A stretch of 60,210 nt of DNA, the filler included, from Sphacelaria rigidula (Eukaryota): the NCBI GenBank assembly GCA_964200075.2. It is 7 parts of 7 records of this genome, joined end to end, with 100 filler letters (N's around TTAATTAATTAA, not from the genome) between each part and the next. Parts side by side here need not be neighbours in the genome. Positions count along the whole stretch, not along the records: positions 8,617 to 17,132 come from CAXNAA020010911.1; positions 17,233 to 25,748 come from CAXNAA020010912.1; 5 more parts are not named here. One strand, written 5' to 3'. The notes beneath the pieces were generated by a model. It saw nothing but the letters and a program-made list of their open reading frames with translations, had not been told where the DNA came from and made no database searches. A program made the translations under genes and the position numbers. Shown in pieces: positions 12,101-25,103 of the stretch (the stretch's first letter is position 1; the number at the start of each line of letters is the position of its first letter).

Positions 12101-15100
12101 CAAAGCCGGGACGGAGCACGCCGGGTTTTCGCCGGACCACGCTCGCAATCAATCACCGAACGCGAAGCGCCATAACGCATCCGGCGAGACGCATGGAGAG
12201 TGAGCTGCATCCTCCTAAGATTGTTCGGCCCGGAGGGTACTGATTATCTTGCATACGGATCAAAGTCTCGAACTTGGCGTCGACCCGTGCTGCGGAGGTT
12301 GACCAGTGCTTGGGATTGACTTGTCAGTCCCCGAGAAATTGGAATCTCAGCATCCAGACTACGTTTTCATAAACACAACTAAGTGATCCCAGGAAACCAT
12401 CCCCCCCCCGAACCAGCCCCAAACTGTCCCGGAGAAAATGACCACGCAGCGCGTAATAGCTGGTTTCAGATTCAGACTGCATGAAGCGCGTCATATGGTA
12501 TGGGTGACATTGACGAAAACGACCTCACGCGTGGGAGTTTCCAGCTGCTTCGTGCGCTTGACTTCGCTATTTTGATTCACATGCAGATTTTGTCTCCTCA
12601 TATCAGCCACTTTTCTGGGGGGGGGGGGGGGGGGGGAAGGGGCTATCGCGGCATGACCCTACTTTGACGAGGAACTGGGGTGCACTCTACTGCTTTGATA
12701 TGTTGAGGATAGGACTTCAATCCCCATGGGTGCTTCACACAAACTTACACGAGTGCAGTGCTGCGGGAACGTTGTCTAACAAAAGTATCGCTGGGTACGG
12801 TGACGCCATCTGTTCTTGTTAAACGTGCAGGACGTGGGGTGAATCATGTGTGAATCTAGTATACCTCATCCGACCCCGGACAATACGTAGGGCAAATAGT
12901 TGCAACAAAAATAACATGTACTGCGTAACGCATCGTCCTATTGCACCTATTGTCAATGTAGACTTGATGCAATTCTTGACCACGTATTGTCCAGGGTGTA
13001 AACCTTTTCCGACCAACGAGATTTCGCCCACGCTTGGAGTCTGATGTGACAGAGAAAAACAAAAAAACTCACCTTGTCCTGCTCCAATACGGGGGCGTTG
13101 CACTGTTTCACCGTCCCCACTCGTACAACCCGCATATTAGCCTGACGATCGCAGTGTGGGCAAACATAAGGATCGGATTGAAATGGGCGAGAACAGATGC
13201 AACGGCAAAAGAGCAATAAGAGATAAAGAGCAACATGAAAAAGCACCAGCACACTCGACTGATCAAATTTTGAAGTCACATACTTTGGAGGAAAAAAAAA
13301 ACTGGTAGTTCACGCACGTCATACAGAGCATGAAATCCAACCATTGCACTTTCTCGGAGCGGATCACATAATGTGCGTGGTCTGATGGTCCAACTGACAA
13401 ATTTAGAAGGGAGAGAACGCATGTTAGCTTCAGGCCAGACGCGCTTGGGTTTTCTCTTCCAAGTATCTGCTTTCCCCCGTTGGAAGTGTCAAGACGCGAG
13501 TAGCCAAATATAGTTCAATTGAGTTGGTGTGACCAGAGTTGATGTGGTGCAGGAATGCTGATCCAATCCTCGAGACCAAATGCAAGGCGTGTAATGTAAC
13601 GAGGAGAGGTTGATCCCTTGAGACTGAGGACCAGTCCCGAGAAAAGGTACCGGTTGGAAGTGTGACAGGACAACACACACATACACACACACACACACAC
13701 ATGCATCAAACCGCGCGAGCACAGCGCTCCCGGCCGGACCGACCAACGCACCCAAAAAACCTCTGGTGCCGGGCACAATATGACAGCCTCACAGATCGTT
13801 GTCAAAACTCACTTTGTTCGAGGAGAAAATAGCACCCGTATGTCTACATCTACATCTATATCTATATATGTCTCAGTTACGCTATTATTTCCCTGACTCA
13901 CGTATTCAAGGTAGGAGTACAAACACACGACATAGCAGACGTGGACTGGACGACAATGCTTTGGACCCATCGACATACCAGCGCTCAGCGCTACTCACTG
14001 ACTCTACTTTCAACGCCTGTGCCAACGAGACCCAAGCAGTCATATGCATGGACAAGTATTTGCCGACTATTAATAGTGCCTGCGTGGCCTATCAGTACCC
14101 ACCGATCAAGTTGACAAGTGTTCCTTTTCAGATGATTGATCGGGCCCCGTTAAGACTTATCTTGAGCATCGACTAGGGGGCAGGCATGTCCCCGTCTATA
14201 TGTTGGCATCACACTTTTTGGTCGAGTTTCATCGCGTCTTCGTGCGTCGAAGAAAGTTGATGTTCCCGGTGGGTATTTTAATGATGCTCCAAATACGTAC
14301 CCATTTATTTAATGATTTTAAGCTGATGGTTGGATCGAGGGGGAGGCATACTCATTTGTTGCTTGCCTCAGTAATTTCACCATTGACAACGCATCCCTTT
14401 CGAGACAGAGCGCCGTTTCTACATATAATAGAGACACGTCCAACATTTGAGTGCTCATTACGCTTCTCCCATACGTGGCGCAAAAACTTGCCATATATCG
14501 TATCCCCTTTTGTTTCGCCGTATGTGGCCACTATTTATCTCAAGTATAGGGATAATTTTCTCGCTCATGCACCAAACAAATTCGTGCCATCTTCGTTTAC
14601 TCCCCACGTACTTCCTTCTTAAACGTCCCGTTCCTCCTTATATAGTTCATATTCTGCCAATATATGAATTCTGCTCTCTTTGACTTCGCCACAGGGGCAA
14701 TTCCGTGAGCCATTTCCTCCTCCACTCGACTACTGGTATACCTCTTTTGATTTGAGGAGGGGTGGAGTAGGGTAAGGGAACATACCCACCACTCCGCTGT
14801 CATGTGTAGTATATATGGTGCATCACCTGTTGAAGGGAAAGTATCTGTTCTCGGTCCCATCGAGCACTCCACTGTCCGTCTTGGTCCTTGCAAAGTGTCA
14901 CAGGCAAGTAGTACGAAGCAACGACCACCCCTCCGCCCCTGCGCCAGACGGGTGGAATATGACAAAAAAAACGCATCGCACGTGTTGCGTAAAAAGTAAG
15001 GAAACATATCGCGGTCGCGTACAAGTGCAAAGCGTGAAGAACATCAAACTGTCCAACAATGTACATGCACAGCAGATGTATATTAATACAAATAGGTTAA

Positions 15101-16873
15101 AAGAAGGGACTGCCTCCCCCCCCCGCAAAAAAAAAAAGTCCCGTCAATAACAAAAATATGAATCCGCGAGGCCGTGGAAAACTAGTGTTCCACCCGCTAC
15201 ATCGAAGGCCTATCCGACAGACAGTACAAAGACCTGCGAGCGATACATACCTTGGGCTCCATAAGCCAGGCGACCTTCGAGCAGTCTCCATCCTCGGGGG
15301 CGGAGAGCTCATCGCCTCCACGCCAAGCCTCAACCCCAATCCAAGCCCTCCGCCGTCGCCTTCTTCCTCATCCAAGGGCGGTGGATTCCTCAGAGTGACC
15401 CCAACCCCTTCCCCGATACAACTCTCGACGGCCTCGTGACGCTGTTGCTCTATCCTCATGCGCAGCATGGTGGAGGGGGACATCAAGCTCTCCACGTCCC
15501 CCGGACCCGTTCCCGGGACGGAGCCCAGACACGCCGCCGCGGTTGCCGCCGCTTTGGCCGCCACGAACGACGGGGTTTCCAGCAAAGTTGGGGGCGAGAC
15601 CGACGTAGGTCTGGCGGGGACCGTTGTCGCCATCACAGCGGCTGTGCCGTTGACCGCAGGCACTTCCAACCCCACGCTCTGCGTACCACCGGGAGGTTCA
15701 CCAACTACGGCTTGTTGACTGTCTGAGCAGGCGAGGCCCGTCGGGACCCGATCCCAAGAACGTTCCAAAGGCCGTTCTCCTTCCGTGCTGTTGTCGTTGT
15801 CACCCGCCGTGTCATCGTCGTTTGTGATCGTAGATTCTGACAGCGCTTCCCACGGCCGGCGGTGCCTCACGTCAACATTCGCAGCAACAAAGTCGTAGGT
15901 TTCTGAACCGTTCATGGCCCTCCGTTCAGAACCACCACCAGTCTTCGAAAGTTCTTCTGCTGTCTCCCAATCCTTCGCAGCGGTTGGGGACAAGTTTTTC
16001 GATTCTCCTTTGGTGAGATCTGCTTCTTCGTCTAGGGTATCTCGAACAATCGTCGATTCCGTGGACCGCTGGATGACTCGTGGGCGGGATACCGTTTCCC
16101 AGCGGAAAAATCTGTTCCATTTTTGCATGACGCGAGGTGAGACGCAAGCGGAGCCGAAGATATATCTTCATGACCAATATATCAGATATACAACACGTAT
16201 ACAGTGGTCATAGTTGACATGGACCACTCACTTGATGGAAATCTTTCGGAAGAATATTCTTCACTTCCACCCTCGAAAGTTCTGAAATCGATGGACGTTG
16301 GAACAAGACACATCACACTCTGCCCGTACTTCGTTGCGGATGCAGTTGACAGCATCCCACAATCTTGTCATCATACGTTCACCGTGACAAACACTAGTAA
16401 AACGTAAAAACCTTAAAAACGACCGTTCGGCAGAACATTCGACTTTTCTCCGCTCGCGCTTGAAATTTTGCCACGGTACGACTGAGCTTGATTGACGAGA
16501 ATAAGACGCGGTGCGAGAGTGTTGACCCCAATCTTCGAGACCAAAATGCAAGGCGTGTACAGGGGGAGAGATGGATTGATCCCTTTAAACCACGGACTCG
16601 TCCCGAGGAAGAGAGGGGTTCAAAGTGTTGCAAAAAAAAAAAGTCGGGCGAACCGACGACCCAAGGCTCGATAAAGCCTGGTTTCCGTCAAAAACGACTG
16701 CTTTCTACGGCCGGCTCCTACTCTCCAGTTTTGTTCCTCGGGGCGCTACGCACAGACATGGGGGGTCCGCCGACCAACCATCGTTCCTCTCGTTGCGACT
16801 TGACTCACTTTCCACCCCTGAAGACGCAATAGCGGTATCCTGTGCAGTCTCCAGGGGGCATCGGTAAATCCTC
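9157..16873 (-). CDS. TPS: Trehalose-6-phosphate synthase family protein (GT20) with N-terminal CBM20-like domain; partial at both ends
   Basis: Exons 16873-16809 ([10 protein letters not shown]), 16111-15251 (FFRWE plus low-complexity linker), 14938-14827 ([18 protein letters not shown]), 13141-13073, 11941-11849 ([14 protein letters not shown]), 11382-11266 ([11 protein letters not shown]), 10036-9947 ([11 protein letters not shown]) and 9264-9157 ([32 protein letters not shown]). All introns are GT-AG with compatible phases. Confidence 0.92.
10625..10940 (-). mobile_element. Repeat family B copy (TPS intron)
   Basis: Collinear reverse complement of 35570-35880. Confidence 0.85.
12045..12270 (-). 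mobile_element. Repeat family B copy (TPS intron)
   Basis: TGCATGCCGTAGTCATATGACC...GCCGGGACGGAGCACGCCGGGTTTTCGCCGGAC matches the other B copies. Confidence 0.85.
13556..13655 (+). repeat. Short dispersed repeat family D (second copy ~16520-16620), followed by a (CA)n tract at ~13672-13700
   Basis: CCAATC(C/T)TCGAGACCAAA(A)TGCAAGGCGTGTA...TTGATCCCTT...GTCCCGAG is shared by both copies. Confidence 0.7.
14338..14507 (+). mobile_element. Repeat family A copy (TPS intron)
   Basis: Collinear with 1961-2160, with a small deletion. Confidence 0.8.
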
Positions 16874-17899
16874 CTGCAAAAAGGGAGAGGGAGAGGGGGA
16901 GGGGAGGGGATACATTACCAAGAAGAGAAACAATGGAAGGAAATATGATAACGACAACACGATATTCCCGTGAAAAATAATGATGTTCCCAGAGAACGTG
17001 CTGACCACTACGTCTTGTTTGACTGACACCGCCATAGCCCCCCCCCCCCACGAGGGAGCGGGAGAGGGGATAGGGATGAAAGCATATTTGCATGGCCCAA
17101 TGGACGCTGCGAAAAATATGAAACTGCGATTTNNNNNNNNNNNNNNNNNNNNNNNNNNNNNNNNNNNNNNNNNNNNTTAATTAATTAANNNNNNNNNNNN
17201 NNNNNNNNNNNNNNNNNNNNNNNNNNNNNNNNCCGGCTGATGCGCCCACATACACCGAAAGGTGTAGACTGGCGTCCAGAATGAATGGGATGACAACACA
17301 CAACAACAACACATCCTATCTTGCAGACCACCACGCCAGATACCACTCGTTCACACAGCAAAGCAAACCCCACACAACTCATCCTCAGCTACCACCGCAA
17401 CCCTGCAGCACAGAGCACGAGTTAGGCATGATGTGTTTATTTATTTATTGCGAAAAGTTGAGCATCTTTGTTCATGATGGGGATTGGGGACGGAACTGCA
17501 TGATAGGGTGGACGACCGACTTGCGTGCACTCATGGACAGTGCAGGTAAGTACAAAACTGCACGTTGTTCAAGCCCTTTTCACGTGGCACTGTAAGCAGG
17601 AAGTATAGATAGTCCTGTGATGTCTGCAATTCACGTTGCCTGCTCCTCTTTCACATCCCACTGTATGAAACCCGCACACCCACATTCAGGCACACTATAT
17701 ACATACAGCGCTGACAGTATAGAGTAGTACTGTACTACTATAGACAAGCGAATAAGTACCGCTTCGCGAATTTTACTGTCTTTTTTCGATCGAATTCTTG
17801 CAATTTCGCTAGGACCCAACTCGCGAGAAATGAACGCACTCGCTCAATTCAATTCCACGGCACTTTTTGTTTAGATCGAAAAGTTATGTGTTGAGACGG

Positions 17900-18185
17900 G
17901 GCCTTGCCCAAATTTGGGCAGAGTATTTGAGCTCGTATCCCCTCTACCCAATATTTGGGTGAAGTATTGAAGTCATTACTCGAATGATACTCTATACCCA
18001 GGTATTGCTGAGAGTGCTTACCCAATGTTTGGGTGGAGCATTTGAGGTCGTACCCAATCTACTCAAAATTTGGGTGGAGTATTTGAGGCTGTACCCGGTC
18101 TACCCAGACCTTTGGTAGAGTTAACACCCAGATATTTTACCCCGAGTATTCAAAAGTGCATGCATACCCTACCCGACCTGCCCTT
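17900..18185. repeat. Degenerate ~41-bp array of imperfect palindromes (TACCCAA-N-TTTGGGTGGAGTATTTGAG)
   Basis: Units start near 17904, 17944, 18018, 18059 and 18100. Confidence 0.7.
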
Positions 18186-18260
18186 GGAAACTTCGATTTG
18201 CTGGAAGTGAATCATGTGCTGTCTCTTGGCGCGATTTTTCTTCTCGTTTATGGTTTGCAG

Positions 18261-21153
18261 GATACAGGTGGGGCAGCAGAGTGGGTTTGCGGGCTGCTTC
18301 ATGACATGGATCTACCTTGCTACTCGCACACCTACTACGATATATCAGCGGCGAAGCCGGAGCTACGAGCAAGGTAATTCGATCAGGTCTACGATTTAGA
18401 ATGATGGAAACTTGTATCGGAACCCCTCAAACCGACGGACAGGTGGGTGGCGAGATGCATATGCCGATAAGAAGGCGACAGTGCGTATGCTCAGTGCAAC
18501 CAGCGATACTGTAGTGTACAGGTATTGTACCTTACCGACGCAGAACACCATCCATGCTATCAGCCAATGATTCCATTTGCTGTCAGCAAAGTTACAGCAG
18601 AGTAGGGTATAGCGACGTTCTCTGTATATGCAAACACCCTTCCTTTTTCCTCCCTTGAACACCACCTGTTAGTAACTGCCATCTTGATATGATTGTGTTG
18701 TGTTGACAGTTGTCGGCGAAATAAACATTCCATGATTGCTGATCCGATTTGCCCGCCTTGCCTGTCATCAGCGTGTACACCGTGCTGGAGCCTGCACCTG
18801 GCGCGGACGGAAAGGAGTGCCTCGTCTTGACCACATCCCAAGACCTCTCTGGCCCGGCAGAGCAGTTGCTAGATACACCTACATTCATGGGCTTGTCGAT
18901 ATCCTTGAGCATCCTTAAACAGCTCAAGAACAATGTGGGATGGATGTCGAAGCGCGTGATTCTTCTCATTGTGGATGAGCAATCGCAGAGCGTCGACGTG
19001 AGCCGGTTACATCTTGGGGTGAAGTCGTTTGTGGATGACTACCACCTTCACACCCTAGATTTGCTCAAGAGGTGACAAACGAATCTAAGACCGCGTCGCC
19101 TGCATCTCGTAGATTATGTTATGTCTCGGTGCGATCATGTACGTCGTCATGAAACGTGGTAGTACTTGATCATGTCATTATCTTATTTTGGTGTTTCCGT
19201 AGTAGGTCTCATCCCCTCGGCCGAACCAAAACTCGAGTCACTGTCCCGCAAAGGTTATTTGTACGCACACTTACGGGTCTCCTCTGATTGACATAACCTG
19301 CCTCTGTATCTCACGTTGCCTCCACCCCGAAATCCTCTTGACCACCGCTATGCAATCACTTTTGTCTACTATTCGCTCCAGGCACCAAACGGACTCGACC
19401 ACGATGCGCTCCATTCGCCACAGCGGCGTGATACGTGCTGCGATCTCCCTAGATCTCACCGGTTCATGTCTGCCGAACACAGTTCAGCTGCTCACTACAG
19501 GCAAGTTCCCTCCCCTTCTTGCGTTTATTTTTGCATGAACATCGAATGCTGCTCTAGGTGTGCTGGACCATGCGACGACTCGAGAAGTCACTCGTCGAAT
19601 TCCACGCGAAGTGCACATGCCAGCGCTCGGCAAGTACACGGCTGACAGAATGCAGTCATTTCGCCGTATATGCCGGTATTGGCGACAGGTATAAATGGCG
19701 AACTCCCTAACATGGACCTCCTGAACGCTGCAGTACACCAGCTAGATCGTCAGGGAATATCCGTCGTGCTCGACAGGTGCTCTAGTTCCTTGGACAGAAC
19801 CGGGCATCACTCGTGTGCAGATGCGGCGGCAGCGGCGGAAATAGCCGTGTCCCGTCTCATTCCAAGAAGCACGAGACGAAGCGCCCTTCAAAGTTACTTA
19901 GATCGGTTGTTCACCATGCTTGGATTCATGGGGTCTGTGGCGATGGGGCCAAGTGGGCCGCATGCGCACTTCTTGCGTCACAGCATCGACGCTTTGACGA
20001 TTAAAAGTGTCGACGAGGGTGGGCGCGGCGGTATGGAGAAGGGCGCCTGTTTGAAGTCACTTCGGGGTGGCACCGGGGCTTTGTTGAGCCTCGTCCGAAA
20101 TGTCTCCAACCTGGAGGAGGAGCTACATCATTCGTTTTTTGCTTACATCATGTTGTCCACCAAGGCCTTCGTGTCTATAGGTACGTGTTCGCATTTATAA
20201 TGATTATCCGTTCGGCCGTACTATCCCCTGTTTTTCCCTGCTGCCTGCCCGCACATGTTCATGCCGTATCGAGTGCATGCTGCAGAACCCGATGCGTGGT
20301 GTTGAATATTCAGATTTTCTTGGTACTCGCACACCGATTTTGGAACGAACTACAACACTCAAATTTCACATTTCATAGTCGCCAGATTTGTAGTTTTCAT
20401 TCCATCTTTTATGCGCTGCTACGACTTTGTTGAATACTCTCCTTTTTTTTCCAAACATTTGCAGGTGAGTACGCCTACGCCATGGTCCTCTTGCTCTTCC
20501 CGCTAGCGATGCAAGCCGGGAGGCTCCCCCGCCTGTACAGGGACAACACGCTCTTTGGTGCCGTGCTCATTGTCGGGACGTTCGAAGGATTTGGCGCGCT
20601 ACTATTGCTAGCAGTATCTCTCGCACCTCAAGTATCGGCAGAAGTGCTTCGTTGGTACTTGAACGTGGCAACCCTTATGGGGTACCTACTGGTGGTGGCC
20701 GTGCGGTTACTCGTCCATCCCAGACGTTCAACATCACCAAGACTGGTCTCAGAAACAAACGCCCTCCTGCAGTGGGAGGGACCTATAATGGTCATCGCTT
20801 GTATCATGGCGTACTTCTGTTCTGTAACCGCGCTGCTGAACTGGCCACTGGCAGCATTGCTTGCGCTTACCCACGGACCCATGGTGGTCATGGCAAAACC
20901 GCTCCGCTTATCAAATCCAGGTAGTTGGTGTACGTTACCCTGCATGTTGTTTAGTATGCCGGCATGTTGGCCGTTGTTGTTTGGTGCCGCCGCCGGCCGT
21001 GGGTCCGGCGGGGTTGAGGTTATTTTGCAGTGGCTTCGATGGTACAGGGTGTCGGGGCTGATGAACGTGCCTCTCCTGTGTCTGCTTTCCATCCCAGCGC
21101 ATCTGACAGCAGTTTTCGTCTTGATCAGCCCCCAGGGTGCCAGGAAAAAATAA
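18261..21153 (+). CDS. GAA1: GPI transamidase subunit GAA1/GPAA1; 5' exon(s) not identified
   Basis: Exons 18261-18373, 18772-19071 (SVYTVLEPAPGADGKECLVL, WMSKRVILL), 19382-19500 (GVIRAAISLD), 19689-20180 (GINGELPNMDL, HAHFLRHSIDALTI, RNVSNLEEELHHSFFAYIM..FVSIG) and 20465-21153 (EY plus multiple TM segments, ending RKK*). Confidence 0.92.
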
Positions 21154-21375
21154 TATCATGTTCAAGTTGGTCAATGAAATGTCACGTACTGAAAATACAG
21201 TAAAAACAGACGACCGATGCGCCTTGCTGCGGTATCACCAATACGAAGCTACAGTGCTCACGGTCGCTACTCGTTCAAGACACTTGCTCGAGGCATCTAT
21301 CTAGTTTCTCCCAACACACCAAAACACGAAACAACGTGTCAGGGGCTGGAGCGCATCTTCCCAAGCGTCGCTTGT

Positions 21376-23874
21376 TCATGTCGCTCCTCTCGACAAGTTC
21401 TTGAAGCCAATGCCTTTGCACGAAACCAACACCTGCAAAGCATTCAAAATTCAAGCAGGCACACAAGCGCAGAGTTGCGATTGACCCGAGCAGTATCAAC
21501 GTGTCAAGAGAGCAACGAAGTGGGTCAGGAAAATGGGTGATTACGGACAAACGGTATAGCGGAAGATGCACCGCAAATTCAATACTTTGATGATTGTACA
21601 CATTCCATCAAAAACTACTGACGCGTTTTGCGCAGTCTGTGCGGAGCAAATTTACACCCGAAAATGACAAATTCAGAGGTGGGCCCATGGCACGCTTCGA
21701 TACTCGTCGACGTTTGTCGGCATGCGCCCACTGGTCGATCCATGTCTCACCGTTGACGTATGAGGGTCTGGTTTAAGTCGGAAGTATGCCCCGAAGAAGT
21801 CCCGGAGATGTCGAAGGTACGTGACGCTGTACTGGGTAAGCTTGCCGATGCGGATTCGGCTGCAAAAAAACACACAGAGCAATGGCCGTGGGAGTTGCAA
21901 GAGTTTACATTCAGGGACACCTCGCGATACTCAGCGCAATAATTCATACAGTTTCACCGCAGCATCCGTTAACACATCGACTGTCGTCAGTTATGTATGC
22001 TCGTCAGATACACGTCGTCGCTGATGTTCCGCTGGGCAGCTCAATACATGCCTACGGCCCCGCGGCGTACTTTCACATGTCGGTGAAACGGACGCACTCT
22101 CCACATACCATAGTCGACACATGCATGCGTGTACACACCTCACGTCCTCCGGGCAAAGTACCATGAGCAACATCGCCAAGCTTTGATGAGACGAGTCCAC
22201 ACAACCACCGTTTCTGTTCCAAGGCAAGGCAAACAAGAGAAATCGAAAGACAGCCCTGTTCAGATTACTTCCAGCCCTGACAAGTAGTCGCATTGCAGTC
22301 AAGATCGTACCGCACTAGGACTGTTGTTTCGGCTCATCTACATCTGTACTCGAAGAGGCCAGAATGCGCCTTCATTTGTAAGTATACTTTACTACACTGC
22401 TCACGCCAACACAGCTTCTTGATGATGCTCACACAAGTATGTAACGTTGAGTGCAAGATTGGAGATTGGTATGTCGCGGGCTAAGGTGGGGGGTATCGTA
22501 CAAGACAAAGGCGGGCAGAAAGAAATGAAATCTGCAGCACTTACTTAATTTCCTCCAGGATGAGCTTGCTGCCGAGATTCCCCAAATCCTCAGGGAGAGT
22601 GCCCTGTGTGCGTTCACCCATGAGTGCACAGAGGTAATAAAAAGAGGCATACCAAAAGGCAAATGAGCCACGATGTTCAGCGATACACCCAATCCATGGT
22701 GTCCACTGAGATGAATTGCGATGCGAAACACTCAAGCATTGCCTGTGCCGGAGACTAATGCGGATTTTGGCCATGTCGTTCGGGGCACAAAACTTCACCA
22801 GGACGAGTATACGACTCGTGCCGCCATCATTTTGCATTTTCCTTCCGATGAGGTCACTCCTTCGAATATAGGGAAACAAACAACTTGAACAAGTGTCTTC
22901 TGGCCCTTCCGCGTCGTTTGTCGCGTGAGAGGAGGGCTAGACGGAGGGTAACATTTCAAAGTGACTTCACACAGGTGTCGAGATTTGCAGAAGCCACCCG
23001 TGAACCTCACGGTATACACACATGAAATGGTCGGTTCAGTAGTGAATCTAGACTGGTACGTTCAGACTCCGCAACTGCTATTGTAGCAGTCACTTCACAG
23101 GTACCGCAGTTGCATCACATTTCACTTCAATACCTTCTGGAGCTTGACTCTATAATCACGTGCCGTCAATGCGATACTCTGATAAACTCGAACAAGACAC
23201 ACGGAGGGTACACACACAATCGAGGGTGTGTGCCACATCTACGCGGTACGCCGGGAGCAAACAGACGCAGGCCGGTCTTCACCACGATAGTCGGCTCACC
23301 TTCTCCGCTGCCGTTTCAGCCACCAGCATAACTCCCGTCGTAGACTCCGCCACAAGACTCAATGCAAACCCCGGCGACTCTCCTCCAGTTTTGCCCGCGT
23401 TGTGATCCGTGTGTACCCACACGTCCGGGAGGAGGCGGTTGAGCAGTCCTTCAATCATCAAGTGCGGTCAAGCGTCAACCCCGTGAGCATATTCCAGCCA
23501 CGGACCACTATCAGTGCAAGAGCGTGATCGATTTCGTTTTTTTAATCCCGAACGAACCCAAGATAAAGGGCGGGAAACGAAGAAAAGCCATGACTCTCAG
23601 GGCCCGCTGTACCGTATTCTATACATGGCGTTAAATGCTGACAATGACACTCTCTCAACGGCAGCAGAAACGCGGCAAAAAAAAATCGCTCACCCCTGGA
23701 AGATTCCGCAACGCGATTGGCTATTTGCGGGGAAACCTTGGTGCAGTATGCGTTCCCTCGTATTCGCTTAATCAGGCCCGGGTCTGTGAAATCGATCGGT
23801 TTCAGCTCCCTCACGATGGGACATCTGAACTCCACTATCCCCCCCCCTCCTGGCGGAGCACCTCGCCGCTTCAC
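21376..23874 (-). CDS. RCL1: RNA 3'-terminal phosphate cyclase-like protein Rcl1 (18S rRNA processing); 5' partial
   Basis: Exons 23874-23694 (RRGAPPGGGGIVEFRCP..IKRIRGNAYCTKVSPQIANRV), 23448-23300 (LLPDVWVHTD..SPGFALSLVAESTTG), 22603-22545 (LPEDLG..LEEI), 22213-22139 (GGCVDSSHQ..PEDVS), 21859-21751 (RIRIGKL..LRHLRDFFG) and 21432-21376 (VSCKGIGFKNLSRGAT*). Phases are consistent. Confidence 0.95.
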
Positions 23875-25000
23875 CTGCCATTGCCCACATTAACCCGTTC
23901 GGTGTGTGCCAATAAAATAACGTAGTCACACGCGCGTATTCGAAAACATCAGTCGCTGGAACGACAGCATCGACCTTGCTTGTGTCCGATATCTTTCCGC
24001 GATTTAGTCTTTCCTGGCACCAAACCCGAGGAGGGAGTTTTTTTTTGCCGAAGAGGTGTTGTCCCCGATTATCGATGGCAATTTGGAGGCACTTGTCTGA
24101 TCAACTGTGGATGTGAGAGTGTATGTCGACGTGAAGAACAGCAATTGAGGAACACCAACAGAATGAGTGCGCCCTGTAATAATTTATCGGGCAACATGCA
24201 GAAGGACAAGCAAGCAGCGTCCCGTACACCAAGGGTACTGCCGTTGAGCGCTGCTTCTACTAAGCATAGACTGAGGCTGATGCACCCCTCATCATGTAAA
24301 CCTCAACACTCGCAGATGATGGCAACTTTGATACCACAAATTCCCGTTGTGGTCACCGTATCATCGTGACACACGAAGAGCATACTCGTAAGCGCCACGT
24401 CCTCTTCACAGAAACAACGTGCATCGAGCAGTGTGCTATGCGACGTGGTGGCTACTGTGCAGCGGTGGCAGTATACTAAGCAAGGAATGATTGCCCCACG
24501 CCACAACGGCGCAGGCCTTTGTCAGCCGGTCACAGTTTTGTTACTTGTTTGCACAGCAACAGCAATATACTGAGGTCGCTCTAGCACGCCCCTACATGAG
24601 CTCATCAGCTCTACTGCGTTGTGCGAGATTAGTTTTGGCTTCGTGTGTTGGCGATATATACATACATTTTCGGCAAAGGAGTTCAAAACGAGGAATGGCA
24701 TGATGGAACTTGGAACTAGGAGCCGAATCCATTCTTTTCCGCGTTGTGTGTGTGATATTATCTCATCTATTCTGGACGCCAGTCTACACCTTTCGATATA
24801 TGTGGGCGTATCAGCTGGGGTCACACAGGAGGCCAACACATGAGCTTGTTCTTTCTTTTGTTTTGGTACTCCACATTTCTTCTGCGGTGCTTGCCTTGTT
24901 TTTTATCGCGAGATGAATTCAGCGGTTCCTTTCCCTCGTCGACCTCAAAGGCGAATTTTGTGTACCCACAACATATTAGCTCTTCACTATTGGGCATGGT

Positions 25001-25103
25001 GTGAGAAAAAATCCCAGATCGGGTGACTGCACCGAGATTCGAACTCACGACCCAACCGTCAGAAGGTTCAGAGGTTACCACCTGAGCCACCGGGGCGACC
25101 AGG
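25001..25103 (-). mobile_element. tRNA-derived SINE-like element
   Basis: The minus strand has an A-box-like TGGCTCAGGTGG and a B-box GTTCGAATC but no complete cloverleaf. A second copy lies at 34465-34535. Confidence 0.75.

Noticed and set aside
17430-17545. Upstream GAA1 exon (ends CAG|GTAAGT)
   Set aside because: The donor is strong, but the peptide has no recognisable GAA1 motif.
17900-18185. CRISPR array
   Set aside because: Units are degenerate, the spacers are short and related to one another, the context is eukaryotic, and no cas genes are present.
25001-25103. tRNA gene
   Set aside because: A and B boxes are present, but there is no proper acceptor or anticodon stem, and a second diverged copy at 34465 fits a SINE.
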